DNA of 64,000 bases, from positions 23,922 to 87,921 of the forward strand of contig CANRPA010000001.1 of NCBI GenBank assembly GCA_947632395.1, read 5' to 3'. This DNA comes from an uncultured Bacilli bacterium. Lineage in GTDB: Bacteria > Bacillota_I > Bacilli_A > RF39 > UBA660. This document shows positions 40,123 through 50,186 of the stretch, piece after piece (within the stretch, counting starts at the first letter, position 1; each line of letters opens with the position of its first letter). Both the position numbers and the translations under genes were made by a program. A model generated the notes under the pieces. That model ran no database searches. It was not told the DNA's origin and saw only the letters and a list, made by a program, of their open reading frames with translations.

Positions 40123-42750
40123 ATGACAAAATATGTATATGCCTTTAAAGAAGGCAACAAAGACATGCGAAATTTATTAGGTGGTAAAGGTGCAAACCTT
40201 GCTGAGATGACAGGAATAGGACTTCCTGTACCTCGCGGTTTTACAGTAACTACAGAAGCTTGTATTAAATATTATGATGATGGAGAAGATATTTCAAAAG
40301 AAATAAAAGATGAAATATTAGAACATTTATCATCATTAGAAAAAGAAACAGGTAAAACTTTTGGTGATAAGGATAATCCATTACTTGTATCAGTTAGAAG
40401 TGGTGCTCGTGCATCAATGCCTGGTATGATGGATACTGTACTTAACTTAGGTCTTAATGATGAAGTTGCTAAAGGATTTGCTGAAGTAACTAAAAATGCT
40501 AGATTTGTATATGATAGTTATCGTAGATTTATTCAAATGTTCGCAGATGTAGTTATGGGATTCCCAAAAAGTTCATTTGAAAGAAAATTTGATGCCATTA
40601 AAGAAGAAAAAGGTGTAAAGTTTGACACTGAACTTTCTGCAGAAGATTTAATGGAAGTTGTTGAAATATACAAAGGAGAATATAAAAAACATGCTGGAAG
40701 TGATTTCCCACAAGATCCTAAAGTACAATTAATGGAAGCAGTAAAAGCAGTATTTAGAAGTTGGAATAATGATAGAGCAATAACTTATCGTAGACTTAAT
40801 GATATTCCATCAAGTTGGGGAACTGCTGTAAATGTACAAGAAATGGTTTATGGAAATCGTGGAGAAACTAGTGGTACAGGAGTAGCATTCACAAGAAATC
40901 CTGCAACTGGAGAAAAGAAACTTTTTGGGGAATATTTAATGAATGCTCAAGGTGAGGATGTTGTTGCTGGTATTCGTACACCACAAACAATTGATACATT
41001 AAAAGAAACTATGCCAGATTGTTATACAGAATTTGTTAAAATATGTGAAACTCTTGAAAATCATTACAAAGATATGCAAGATATGGAATTCACTATTGAA
41101 AATGGAAAACTTTTTATGTTACAAACTCGTAATGGTAAAAGAACTGCACAAGCAGCTTTAAAAATTGCCGTTGACTTAGTAAATGAAGGTATGATTACAA
41201 AAGAGGAAGCATTACTTAAAGTTGAACCAAAACAATTAGATCAATTATTACATCCAAACTTTGATGCAGAATCACTTAAAAACGGAAAAGTAATAGCAAA
41301 AGGACTTGCAGCTAGTCCAGGCGCTGCTACAGGTAAAATTTACTTTACTGCTGAAGATGTAATGGAAGCACATAAAAAAGGTGAAAAGGATATATTACTT
41401 GTTAGACTTGAAACTTCACCAGAAGATATTGAAGGTATGAATATCGCACATGGTATATTAACTATTCGTGGAGGTATGACAAGTCATGCTGCAGTTGTAG
41501 CTCGTGGAATGGGAACTTGTTGCGTATCTGGATGTGGAGAACTTGTAATAGATGAAGAAGCTAAAACAGTTAGAACTCCAGATGGAAAAGTTTATCATGA
41601 AGGAGACTGGATGAGTTTAGATGGTTCTACTGGTAACGTATATGGAGAACAAATTAAAACAGTCGCACCAGAAATAAGTGGTGATTTTGAAACATTTATG
41701 GGTTGGGCTGATAGTGTTAGAAGACTTAAAGTTAGAACTAATGCTGATACTCCAAGAGATGCCATTCAAGCACGTAAATTTGGTGCAGAAGGTATTGGAC
41801 TTTGCCGTACAGAACACATGTTCTTTGAAGAAGAAAGAATATTTAATTTTAGAAGAATGATTTCAGCAGATACAGTTGAAAAAAGAGAAGAAGCACTTGA
41901 AAAAATATTACCATATCAAAGAAAAGATTTTGAAGGATTATTTGAAGCTATGGAAGGTGATCCAGTAGTAATTCGTTATTTAGATCCACCACTACATGAA
42001 TTCTTACCTCATACAGATGATGAAATTAGACCTTTAGCAGAATCACTTGGTATGAGTTTTGAAGCATTAAAAGAACGTATTGAATCACTTAAAGAATTTA
42101 ACCCAATGATGGGACATCGTGGTTGTAGACTTGCAATTACTTATCCGGAAATTGCTAAAATGCAAACTAGAGCTGTAATTGAAGCTGCAATCAATGTAAA
42201 TAAAAGAGGAATGCATATAACTCCTGAAATAATGATTCCACTTGTTGGAGATGTTAATGAACTTAAATATGTTAAAAAAATAGTATGTGAAACTGCAGAC
42301 AAAGTAATAGCAGATGCTAAAGTAGATTTACATTATGAAGTAGGAACTATGATAGAAATCCCACGTGCTGCAGTAACAGCTGATGAAATAGCAAAAGAAG
42401 CAGAATTTTTCTCATTTGGTACAAACGATTTAACTCAAATGACATTTGGATTCTCAAGAGATGACGCAGCTAAATTCTTAAATGAATATTATACAAAAGG
42501 AATTTTCGAAAACGATCCATTTGCTAAATTAGATCAAAATGGAGTAGGAAAACTTATTGAAATGGCTGCATCACTAGGTCGTAAAACTCGTCCTAATATC
42601 CATATGGGTATTTGTGGAGAACATGGTGGAGAACCATCAAGTGTTGAATTCTGCCATAGAGTAGGACTTGATTATGTATCTTGTAGTCCATTTAGAGTTC
42701 CACTAGCTCGTCTTGCTGCTGCACAAGCTGTAGTTAAAGAAAAAAAATAA
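40123..42750 (+). CDS. ppdK: pyruvate, phosphate dikinase
   Basis: 875 aa. PEP-utilising mobile-His domain GGMTSHAAVVARGMG, an ATP-grasp N-terminal domain and a TIM-barrel C-terminal domain. Confidence 0.95.
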   Translation: MTKYVYAFKEGNKDMRNLLGGKGANLAEMTGIGLPVPRGFTVTTEACIKYYDDGEDISKEIKDEILEHLSSLEKETGKTFGDKDNPLLVSVRSGARASMPGMMDTVLNLGLNDEVAKGFAEVTKNARFVYDSYRRFIQMFADVVMGFPKSSFERKFDAIKEEKGVKFDTELSAEDLMEVVEIYKGEYKKHAGSDFPQDPKVQLMEAVKAVFRSWNNDRAITYRRLNDIPSSWGTAVNVQEMVYGNRGETSGTGVAFTRNPATGEKKLFGEYLMNAQGEDVVAGIRTPQTIDTLKETMPDCYTEFVKICETLENHYKDMQDMEFTIENGKLFMLQTRNGKRTAQAALKIAVDLVNEGMITKEEALLKVEPKQLDQLLHPNFDAESLKNGKVIAKGLAASPGAATGKIYFTAEDVMEAHKKGEKDILLVRLETSPEDIEGMNIAHGILTIRGGMTSHAAVVARGMGTCCVSGCGELVIDEEAKTVRTPDGKVYHEGDWMSLDGSTGNVYGEQIKTVAPEISGDFETFMGWADSVRRLKVRTNADTPRDAIQARKFGAEGIGLCRTEHMFFEEERIFNFRRMISADTVEKREEALEKILPYQRKDFEGLFEAMEGDPVVIRYLDPPLHEFLPHTDDEIRPLAESLGMSFEALKERIESLKEFNPMMGHRGCRLAITYPEIAKMQTRAVIEAAINVNKRGMHITPEIMIPLVGDVNELKYVKKIVCETADKVIADAKVDLHYEVGTMIEIPRAAVTADEIAKEAEFFSFGTNDLTQMTFGFSRDDAAKFLNEYYTKGIFENDPFAKLDQNGVGKLIEMAASLGRKTRPNIHMGICGEHGGEPSSVEFCHRVGLDYVSCSPFRVPLARLAAAQAVVKEKK

Positions 42751-42846
42751 TAAATAGTTTATAAAGTCCTTTTACATTTATTTAAATAATTGTAGTAAAT
42801 AATGATGTTAAACGATTTTGTGAAAATAATATAAATTCAAATTAGA

Positions 42847-42880
42847 CCAAGATTTTTTAATAATCTTGATCTTTTTTTTG
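42847..42880 (+). terminator. rho-independent terminator after ppdK
   Basis: CAAGATT-TTTTAAT-AATCTTG followed by ATCTTTTTTTT. Confidence 0.5.
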
Positions 42881-43061
42881 CAAAAAATTGTGTTTTTTGC
42901 GATAAATTTAAGATGTACTAAATAGGTATAAAAGTTTTTTTCAAATTTTTAATGTTTTTAAGATATCATGCTAGTTTTTACACTACTTTTATGATACAAT
43001 AAATTTATAAAATAACATTTTAAAAATATTGAGTTTATAAAATTTTTTATGGAGGTTCATA

Positions 43062-44891
43062 ATGAATTTATTTAAAAAAACATGGAATTTCATAGTTAAA
43101 CATAAAAGTATTTTTGTGATATTATTGTTGCTTTTGAGTATAATCATTTTTATTATATTTTTAACGAATAATAAAAATAATAATAAAAATAATAACGAAA
43201 ATAGCAATTTATGTTTATTAAATTTTAATACTAATGGTGGTACAGCAATCAATAGTCTAAAAGTTGAATGTGGTAGTAAAGCAATTAAACCAGCCACTCC
43301 TATTAAAGAAGGATTTGAATTTATTGGCTGGTATATAGATGGGGAATTAGTAAATTTTGATAATTTAATTATAGATAAAAATATTATTTTAGAAGCACAA
43401 TGGAAAGTTAAAGAAAACGTAGAAACAATTATTGTTCATTTTGACTCAGATGGTGGTACTACTATTAATGATATAGAAATTACTAAAGGAACTAAAATAA
43501 ATCCACCATTAAATCCTACAAAAAACGGATATAAATTTAAGTATTGGATATTTAATAATCATGAATATAATTTTGAAAATATAGTTGAAGAGGATATTAC
43601 TTTAAAAGCGGTTTGGGAACAATCTAAAACACAAGATTCTAATAATACATCAAATAATGAAGAAGAAAATAATCAAAATTTAAATAATGTTGATTCAAAA
43701 CCTAATGATTCTAATAGTACTAATAATAGTACATCAAAAAAATCTTGTACATATTCATTAATAAAAAATTATCCAACAAGTATTTCAATTATGAAAGATA
43801 CTACATATCAATTTGATAATTCTTTTAGCAAGTGGGATAATTTTAGTTCAAGTTTGTGTAATATAACTTATAAAACCAATAATTCCAAAATATTAACTAT
43901 AGATTCTTCTGGTTTAGCATTTGGTAAAAAAGTTGGTAAAACAAAAATAACTATATGTATAGTAGATGTCCATAACAATAAAGAATTGGATTGTTTTGAT
44001 ATAGATGTTGAAATAACTAATAATTTTGATAAGGAAGCAGAAAAGTTATATAATGAAATGGTAGGGTATTATTGGTATTTAGAAGGAAGTAATAATTCTT
44101 TTTTGAAAGTTTCTGCAGGTGATTATGGTGAATACTCTTTAAAGTGGGAAGGGGAATTCTTGACAATAGAAGATAATAAATTTCTTACATCAGAGCAAAC
44201 AGGCGTCTTTTATCGTTTCCCTTGGCCACTTTATCAATTAGAAACTAGTTCATATTTATTAATTAAAAATAATCTTGTACATGTTTCTAATGATAAACTT
44301 TATATAACTTTAGGTTCTAAAACTTATACTTTTGTTAAATCTAGAGAAAAAAGAACAATTAAAGGTACAATAAGTTTTGAAGAAAAGAATAAAAAGGTCC
44401 CTCAAAATTCAATGGTTTATGTTAATATAATAAAAAGTAATCCTTATGCATCGTATGACTTTCATTTAATTCAATCAAACGATGGTTTAAAACAGTGTGA
44501 AGTCATTAAAACTTCAGTATCAAGTGATGGAGATACCTATGGATTTAGGTGTTATGCTAATGTTGAAGGTACAACTGATATTACTATTAAAGATAGTATT
44601 GGTGGTTCTGAAGCTAAGATTACCATCGAAACATATTATCAACCAGTTCTTGGTATAAAATTTGAAAAGAATGAAATTACTATGAAAGTTGGAGAAACTA
44701 TACAATTAAATACATTTATATCGCCACATTATGCATCAATACCATATGTAACGTGGAGAAGTAATAATTATAATGTTGAAGTTGATACGTTTGGAAACAT
44801 TACAGCACATTCTCCAGGTGAATCAATAGTAACAGTTAGAACTAATGACGGTGGCTTTGAAGATACGTGTAAAATAATAATTATAGAATAA
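43062..44891 (+). CDS. cell-surface protein with two InlB-B-repeat (Listeria-Bacteroides repeat) domains and a C-terminal Big_2 domain
   Basis: N-terminal signal/TM, an Asn-rich linker, GFEFIGWYIDG...LEAQW and GYKFKYWIF...LKAVW repeats, and a C-terminal Ig-like Big_2 motif (ITMKVGETIQL...VTWRS...G.ITA.S.G...VTV). Confidence 0.6.
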   Translation: MNLFKKTWNFIVKHKSIFVILLLLLSIIIFIIFLTNNKNNNKNNNENSNLCLLNFNTNGGTAINSLKVECGSKAIKPATPIKEGFEFIGWYIDGELVNFDNLIIDKNIILEAQWKVKENVETIIVHFDSDGGTTINDIEITKGTKINPPLNPTKNGYKFKYWIFNNHEYNFENIVEEDITLKAVWEQSKTQDSNNTSNNEEENNQNLNNVDSKPNDSNSTNNSTSKKSCTYSLIKNYPTSISIMKDTTYQFDNSFSKWDNFSSSLCNITYKTNNSKILTIDSSGLAFGKKVGKTKITICIVDVHNNKELDCFDIDVEITNNFDKEAEKLYNEMVGYYWYLEGSNNSFLKVSAGDYGEYSLKWEGEFLTIEDNKFLTSEQTGVFYRFPWPLYQLETSSYLLIKNNLVHVSNDKLYITLGSKTYTFVKSREKRTIKGTISFEEKNKKVPQNSMVYVNIIKSNPYASYDFHLIQSNDGLKQCEVIKTSVSSDGDTYGFRCYANVEGTTDITIKDSIGGSEAKITIETYYQPVLGIKFEKNEITMKVGETIQLNTFISPHYASIPYVTWRSNNYNVEVDTFGNITAHSPGESIVTVRTNDGGFEDTCKIIIIE

Positions 44892-45066
44892 ATAGTACAA
44901 TATTAGTAATTTTTATTTAATAATGTAATAAAAAAAGTGAAACAAATCTATTTTTGACAGATTTAACATAAATAGCAATTTAAAATATTGCAATTTAAAA
45001 TATTCTATTTACTTTTAAAATGTTTTATGATAGAATTTTGTATATAAAAGAAAGGTATGATTTTAG

Positions 45067-45549
45067 ATGAAATTTTTTAAAAAAATTAGTTTAGTAGTTA
45101 TGGTTGTTGCATGTTTACTTTTAACTGCATGTGGAACGAAAAATAAGGAACAAAATATTGAAGGTACTTTAGATGAAATAATGACTAAAGTTTATGCAGA
45201 TATACCAGAAAGTGAAAGACCAATGTCCTTAACTAATATTGAAGTAAATGAAGACAATATTGAAGGATTTTTAGGTACTAGTGATATTGAATATGATAGC
45301 ATTTTAGCTTCTGAACCAATGATAAGTTCAATTGCTCATTCTGTTGTTTTAATTCGTACAAAAGAAAATGCTGATATTGAAGCAATTAAAACAAAAATTA
45401 AAGAAAATATTAATCCTCGTAAATGGATATGTGTATGGGTTGAACCAGAGGATGTAATAATTGAAAGTAAAGGCAATTTAATTATAGTTATTTTAGTTGA
45501 AAATGAAGAACATAGAAATGCAATTATAAAAGAATTTAGAAGTCTTTAA
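45067..45549 (+). CDS. small lipoprotein
   Basis: Signal peptide with a lipobox LLTAC|G. 160 aa. Confidence 0.55.
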   Translation: MKFFKKISLVVMVVACLLLTACGTKNKEQNIEGTLDEIMTKVYADIPESERPMSLTNIEVNEDNIEGFLGTSDIEYDSILASEPMISSIAHSVVLIRTKENADIEAIKTKIKENINPRKWICVWVEPEDVIIESKGNLIIVILVENEEHRNAIIKEFRSL

Positions 45550-45577
45550 TTAGACTTTTTTTCTTATAGGAGGATTC

Positions 45578-46957
45578 ATGGTATTTTCAAGTGTAATTTT
45601 TATATATTATTTTTTACCCATACTTATTGTTTTATATTTTTTGGTTGCAAGTAAATTTAAAAATTTTATTTTATTTTTATTTAGTTTAATATTTTATTTT
45701 TTAGGAGAACCTAAATATATAATTATTTTAATTTCTTCTTGTATAATTAATTATTATTTATCTAAATTATTAGTAAAAAATAAGCATCGAAAATTAATAT
45801 TATTTATAGGTATATCTTATAATGTTATTCAACTTTTAATTTTTAAATACATTGACTTTTTTATAATTAATTTTAATAGTGCTTTTAATTTAAATTTTCC
45901 TTTAACTAAAATTATTATGCCGATTGGGATTAGTTTCTTTACATTTCAAAATTTAGGTTATATAGTTGATGTCTATTTAAAAAAGCATGAGCCATCCAAG
46001 CATTTACTTGATTATATGACATATGTATGTTTATTCCCACAATTAATAGCGGGACCTATTGTAAGATATATGGATATTCAAAATGAATTAACTAATCGTA
46101 AAAGTTCATTTGAAAACATTTCAAAGGGAATAAAAAGATTTATAATTGGTTTGTCTAAAAAGGTTTTAATTGCTAATGTATTAGGGGAATTTGCAAAATT
46201 AATTATTACTCAAACAGTTTTAGCATCGTGGATAAAGCCGATATCATTTACGTTACAAATATATTTTGATTTTTCAGGATATAGTGATATGGCAATTGGT
46301 CTTGGTTTAATATTTGGTTTTAATTTTAAAGAAAACTTTAATTATCCATTGATTGCTAAATCTATAACAGACTTTTGGAGAAGATGGCATATTTCTTTAT
46401 CAAGTTGGTTTAGGGATTATGTATATATTCCTTTAGGAGGAAGTAGAGTAAATAAAATTAAATGGGTTAGAAATTTATTTGTTGTTTGGTTTTTAACAGG
46501 CTTTTGGCACGGCGCTAACTGGAACTTTATTTTATGGGGATTATATTTTTTTGTAATTTTAATTATTGAAAAAATCTTCTTAAAGAAGTATTTGGATAAA
46601 ACAAAAGTTATTAAATACATTTATACTATATTTATAGTAATTATCAGTTTTTTAATTTTTAGTACAGATTCAATTTCAAATATTTTATTAGAACTTAAAA
46701 ATATGTTCTTTATAAATAAAATTCCTTTTACTGATGAAGTAATTATTTATTATTTAAGAAGTTATATGGTTATTTTTGTGATATCTATAATATGCGCAAC
46801 ACCATTAATAAAAATAATAAGCAACAAATTAAAAGAAAGTAAATTAAAAAATATATATTTCTTTTTAGAACCATTTGTTTATCTTTGTTTACTAATTTTA
46901 TCAACTGCATTTTTAGTAGATGCTTCATTTAATCCTTTTTTATATTTTAGATTTTAG
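45578..46957 (+). CDS. MBOAT-family membrane-bound O-acyltransferase (AlgI/DltB/PatA-like)
   Basis: 459 aa with about 10 TM helices, a conserved His in WHGANW and the MBOAT core FRDYVYIPLGGSR. Confidence 0.8.
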   Translation: MVFSSVIFIYYFLPILIVLYFLVASKFKNFILFLFSLIFYFLGEPKYIIILISSCIINYYLSKLLVKNKHRKLILFIGISYNVIQLLIFKYIDFFIINFNSAFNLNFPLTKIIMPIGISFFTFQNLGYIVDVYLKKHEPSKHLLDYMTYVCLFPQLIAGPIVRYMDIQNELTNRKSSFENISKGIKRFIIGLSKKVLIANVLGEFAKLIITQTVLASWIKPISFTLQIYFDFSGYSDMAIGLGLIFGFNFKENFNYPLIAKSITDFWRRWHISLSSWFRDYVYIPLGGSRVNKIKWVRNLFVVWFLTGFWHGANWNFILWGLYFFVILIIEKIFLKKYLDKTKVIKYIYTIFIVIISFLIFSTDSISNILLELKNMFFINKIPFTDEVIIYYLRSYMVIFVISIICATPLIKIISNKLKESKLKNIYFFLEPFVYLCLLILSTAFLVDASFNPFLYFRF

Positions 46958-46967
46958 GTGATTTATT

Positions 46968-48032
46968 ATGAGAGAAAAAATAACAGTAATTATATTTACA
47001 ATTTATATATTTTTGTTTTCTATTTTAGGAATAGTACTCCCTAAAGATAAGTATAGTACCACTGAAAGAAGAAAGTTAAAAGAATTTCCTGAGTTTATAT
47101 TAGATAATACTTATATTAACAAATTAGATGATTATTTACTTGATCATTTTCCATATAGAGATTATTTTAGAAGTGTAAAAGCTAATTTTAATTATAAAAT
47201 TTTATCTAAATTAGATAATAATAAAATAGTTATTAAAGATGATTATATTTTTAAATTAAATTATCCTACAAACAAAAAATCAATCGAATATTATAAAAAA
47301 ACTATCAATAAATTATTAACACATTTTACTGAAAATAATAAAGTTTATATGACTATTGTTCCTGATAAAAATTTTTATTTAAAAGATGAAATTTTATTAA
47401 AACTTGATTACGATTATTTAGAAAATGAAATAAAAGAATTAGATATTAATTATATCGATATAAAAAATCTTTTAACTTTAGAAGATTTCTATAAAACTGA
47501 TACTCATTGGAAACAAGAAAAACTTGAAAAAATAGTTAAAGAATTAAATAATAAAATGGGAACATTATATCAAGAACAAGATTATAAAGAAAATGTCTAT
47601 TCTAACTTTTATGGCGTATATTATGGTGAATCTGCAATTAATAAAAAACCAGATATTTTAATTTACTTAACTAATCCTTTACTAGATTCTTTAAAAGTAA
47701 CTTATTTAGAAAATCCTAGTTTAACAACAATATATAATTTAGATAAATTAAATTCTAAGGATAGTTATGAAGTATTTTTAGATGGCGCGAGTGCATTTAT
47801 TGAAATTACAAATGAAAATAGTCTTACAGACAAGGAATTAGTCATTTTTAGAGATTCTTTTGGTAGTAGTATAACACCACTTTTAACTCCATATTATAAA
47901 AAAATAACTTTAATAGATAATCGTTATATTGATAGTAATCATTTTCTTGAAAAAATAAAATTTGAAAATCAAGATATATTATTTTTATATAGTACATTAT
48001 TAATAAATGAAAGTTATACTTTAAAAGGGTAG
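46968..48032 (+). CDS. DHHW-family protein (AlgJ/AlgX-like partner of MBOAT)
   Basis: N-terminal TM anchor, a DTHW motif (KTDTHWKQE) and a position immediately downstream of the MBOAT gene. Confidence 0.55.
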   Translation: MREKITVIIFTIYIFLFSILGIVLPKDKYSTTERRKLKEFPEFILDNTYINKLDDYLLDHFPYRDYFRSVKANFNYKILSKLDNNKIVIKDDYIFKLNYPTNKKSIEYYKKTINKLLTHFTENNKVYMTIVPDKNFYLKDEILLKLDYDYLENEIKELDINYIDIKNLLTLEDFYKTDTHWKQEKLEKIVKELNNKMGTLYQEQDYKENVYSNFYGVYYGESAINKKPDILIYLTNPLLDSLKVTYLENPSLTTIYNLDKLNSKDSYEVFLDGASAFIEITNENSLTDKELVIFRDSFGSSITPLLTPYYKKITLIDNRYIDSNHFLEKIKFENQDILFLYSTLLINESYTLKG

Positions 48033-48059
48033 ACGATTGACAAAATTATAATTTCATGA

Positions 48060-48075
48060 TATCTTTATAAAGATA
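48060..48075. promoter_or_regulatory. perfect 16-bp palindrome TATCTTTATAAAGATA (candidate operator)
   Basis: It lies between TTGACA (48037-42) and the RBS of the deacetylase gene, and overlaps the predicted -10 position. Confidence 0.4.
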
Positions 48076-48103
48076 GAATTAAGGATGAAGTAAGGAGAAG
48101 GTT

Positions 48104-49363
48104 ATGAAGAAAAAAGTCATATTAATCGTATTATTTTTAATATTAATAAGTTCCCTAACAGTAACTGTTATATTATACAATAAAAATGAAAGAGATAAAA
48201 AAATAGCAGAACAAAAGCGTATTGAAACAGCAATTAATAATATAAAAAAGCATTATAGTAACAATGTAATAACTACAATTGACACTAAATTATATAAAAA
48301 GGACAATGAAGAATATAAGGTAAGTGGAGAAATAAGTAAAGATATTAAAATAACACTTAAAGAAGAGACAATTGATGAAAATACTAAATACTTTTATATT
48401 CCAGAATTAGATTCATATATATCATATAATGATGTAAGTCCAAGTGAGGAAAAAGTAAAAGATGATAGATACAAATATTATATTTCCTTTAATAAAAATA
48501 TAAAAACTAAAGATTCTACTAGTTTTTATGATAAAGATGGAAATCTATTATATACATTAAATAAACCATTTGAATTTAAAGTACTTGTTATGGATACTGA
48601 TAAATATGGAGTTGTATTTAATGATGAATTAGTATATATAAAAACTGATGATGTAGAAGAAGTAATAGATGCTGATAATGGTCAAAGTAATAGATCAAAA
48701 ATTAAAACTCTTTTTTACCATTTTCTATATGATCCACAAAAAGCCGTATGTGATCAAATAATATGTCTTACATTAGATCAATTTGAGGCACAATTAAAAT
48801 ATTTAAATGAAAATGATTATTTTACACTTAAAATGGAAGAACTTGAGATGTATTTAGATGGTAAAATAAATATACCTCAAAAAAGTATTGCGCTAACGAT
48901 TGATGATGCTACAATTATAGATGAGCAAGCCTTAAGATTACTTGAAAAATATGAAATAAATGCTACAGCATTTGTAATAACAGGTTGGGTAGATCTTAAT
49001 ACAGTAAGTTCACCTTATTTGGATTTAGAATCACATACTGATTTAATGCATAATCAATACGAATGTAAAGGAATGGGATTACAAGGTGGAGGAATATTAT
49101 GTCTTCCTGAAAGTAAAGTTTTAGAAGATTTAAGAACTAGCCAAGAAAAACTTGGTGGAAGTAAATATTTTGCATATCCATTCTTCGATTACAATGAAAG
49201 AGCAATTAGACTTTTAAAAGAAGCCGGATTTACAATGGCATTTATAGGTCAAGCAAGCACATATGGTGATTCTTATCCTAAATCAACAGATAAAATGAAA
49301 ATACCAAGATTAGGAATATTTTCAGACACAACTTTAGATGAATTTATTTCATATGTACAATAA
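48104..49363 (+). CDS. polysaccharide deacetylase family protein (NodB domain), membrane-anchored
   Basis: N-terminal TM and a C-terminal NodB domain with the motifs LTIDDAT and ESHTDLMH. Confidence 0.7.
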   Translation: MKKKVILIVLFLILISSLTVTVILYNKNERDKKIAEQKRIETAINNIKKHYSNNVITTIDTKLYKKDNEEYKVSGEISKDIKITLKEETIDENTKYFYIPELDSYISYNDVSPSEEKVKDDRYKYYISFNKNIKTKDSTSFYDKDGNLLYTLNKPFEFKVLVMDTDKYGVVFNDELVYIKTDDVEEVIDADNGQSNRSKIKTLFYHFLYDPQKAVCDQIICLTLDQFEAQLKYLNENDYFTLKMEELEMYLDGKINIPQKSIALTIDDATIIDEQALRLLEKYEINATAFVITGWVDLNTVSSPYLDLESHTDLMHNQYECKGMGLQGGGILCLPESKVLEDLRTSQEKLGGSKYFAYPFFDYNERAIRLLKEAGFTMAFIGQASTYGDSYPKSTDKMKIPRLGIFSDTTLDEFISYVQ

Positions 49364-49377
49364 ATATTTATATTTAC

Positions 49378-49404
49378 AGTAACAAGTTAAAAAAACTTGT
49401 TACT
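49378..49404 (+). terminator. rho-independent terminator after the deacetylase gene
   Basis: GTAACAAGT-TAAAAAA-ACTTGTTAC followed by TTTTATT. Confidence 0.55.
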
Positions 49405-49453
49405 TTTATTGTTAAAAAAAATAAAGTATGTTAGAATAATAGTAGGTGATAAT

Positions 49454-49627
49454 ATGAATGGCTTAAGTAAGAAAGATAAAATAATAGTTTTAATTTTGTA
49501 TTTAATTTTAATTGCATTAATAGTTCTTTTAGTATTTAGTATAGAAAACCAAAGACAAACAATAATTGATAATAATACAACAAATTATTATAGTTATAAT
49601 AATAATTTTAATGATGAATTTATGTAA
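49454..49627 (+). CDS. small single-TM protein
   Basis: MNGLSKKDK followed by a TM helix. AGGTGA RBS. Confidence 0.3.
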   Translation: MNGLSKKDKIIVLILYLILIALIVLLVFSIENQRQTIIDNNTTNYYSYNNNFNDEFM

Positions 49628-49642
49628 TATTGAGGAAATTTT

Positions 49643-50179
49643 ATGAAAAAAATTAAAAGTTCAACTCAAAAAAAATGGATAATTGAAATAATACTATTAT
49701 CATTTGTAATATCAGTTACATTTAGTTTAATATCAGAAACTGCTATACCAAATGTGGGGATAATAATAGGAATATTTATATGTTTAATATTTATAATAAT
49801 AGGAATTATCTTTGATATGGTTGGTGTTTCCGTTACAGCAAGTGATGAAAGTATATTTCATTCAATGTCTAGTCGCAATGTAAAAGGTGCTAAAATGGCA
49901 GTAAAATTAAAAAAGAATGCATCTAAAGTATCTAGTTTTTGCAATGATGTAGTTGGAGATATATGTGGTATTATATCAGGTTCTACTGGAACAGTAATTA
50001 CATTAAAAATAGTGGAAAAGTTTAATTTTAATAATCTTTCAACAACAATTATAATAATGGGAATTATATCTGCAATTACTATAGGTGGTAAAGCAATTGT
50101 TAAAGAATTTGCTATTAAAAGAAGTAATGAAATTTTATTTAGATTTGCAAAAATATTAAATATATTCGATAGAAAGTAG
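49643..50179 (+). CDS. membrane protein with a DUF21/CNNM-like transmembrane domain (no CBS/CorC domains)
   Basis: 178 aa. The profile TASDESIFHSMSSRNVKGAKMAVKLKKN...VVGDICGIISG resembles the DUF21 N-domain of CorC/CNNM transporters. Confidence 0.4.
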   Translation: MKKIKSSTQKKWIIEIILLSFVISVTFSLISETAIPNVGIIIGIFICLIFIIIGIIFDMVGVSVTASDESIFHSMSSRNVKGAKMAVKLKKNASKVSSFCNDVVGDICGIISGSTGTVITLKIVEKFNFNNLSTTIIIMGIISAITIGGKAIVKEFAIKRSNEILFRFAKILNIFDRK

Positions 50180-50186
50180 GTAATAT

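Noticed and set aside
42989-43297. 102-aa minus-strand ORF overlapping the start of the surface-protein gene
   Set aside because: It overlaps a plus-strand gene start that has a good RBS, and it has no independent support.
43140-43760. Apparent nucleotide repeats encoding NNKNNN / Asn-rich tracts in the surface protein
   Set aside because: This is codon-level low complexity (AAT/AAA runs) in a coding region, not a structured DNA repeat element.
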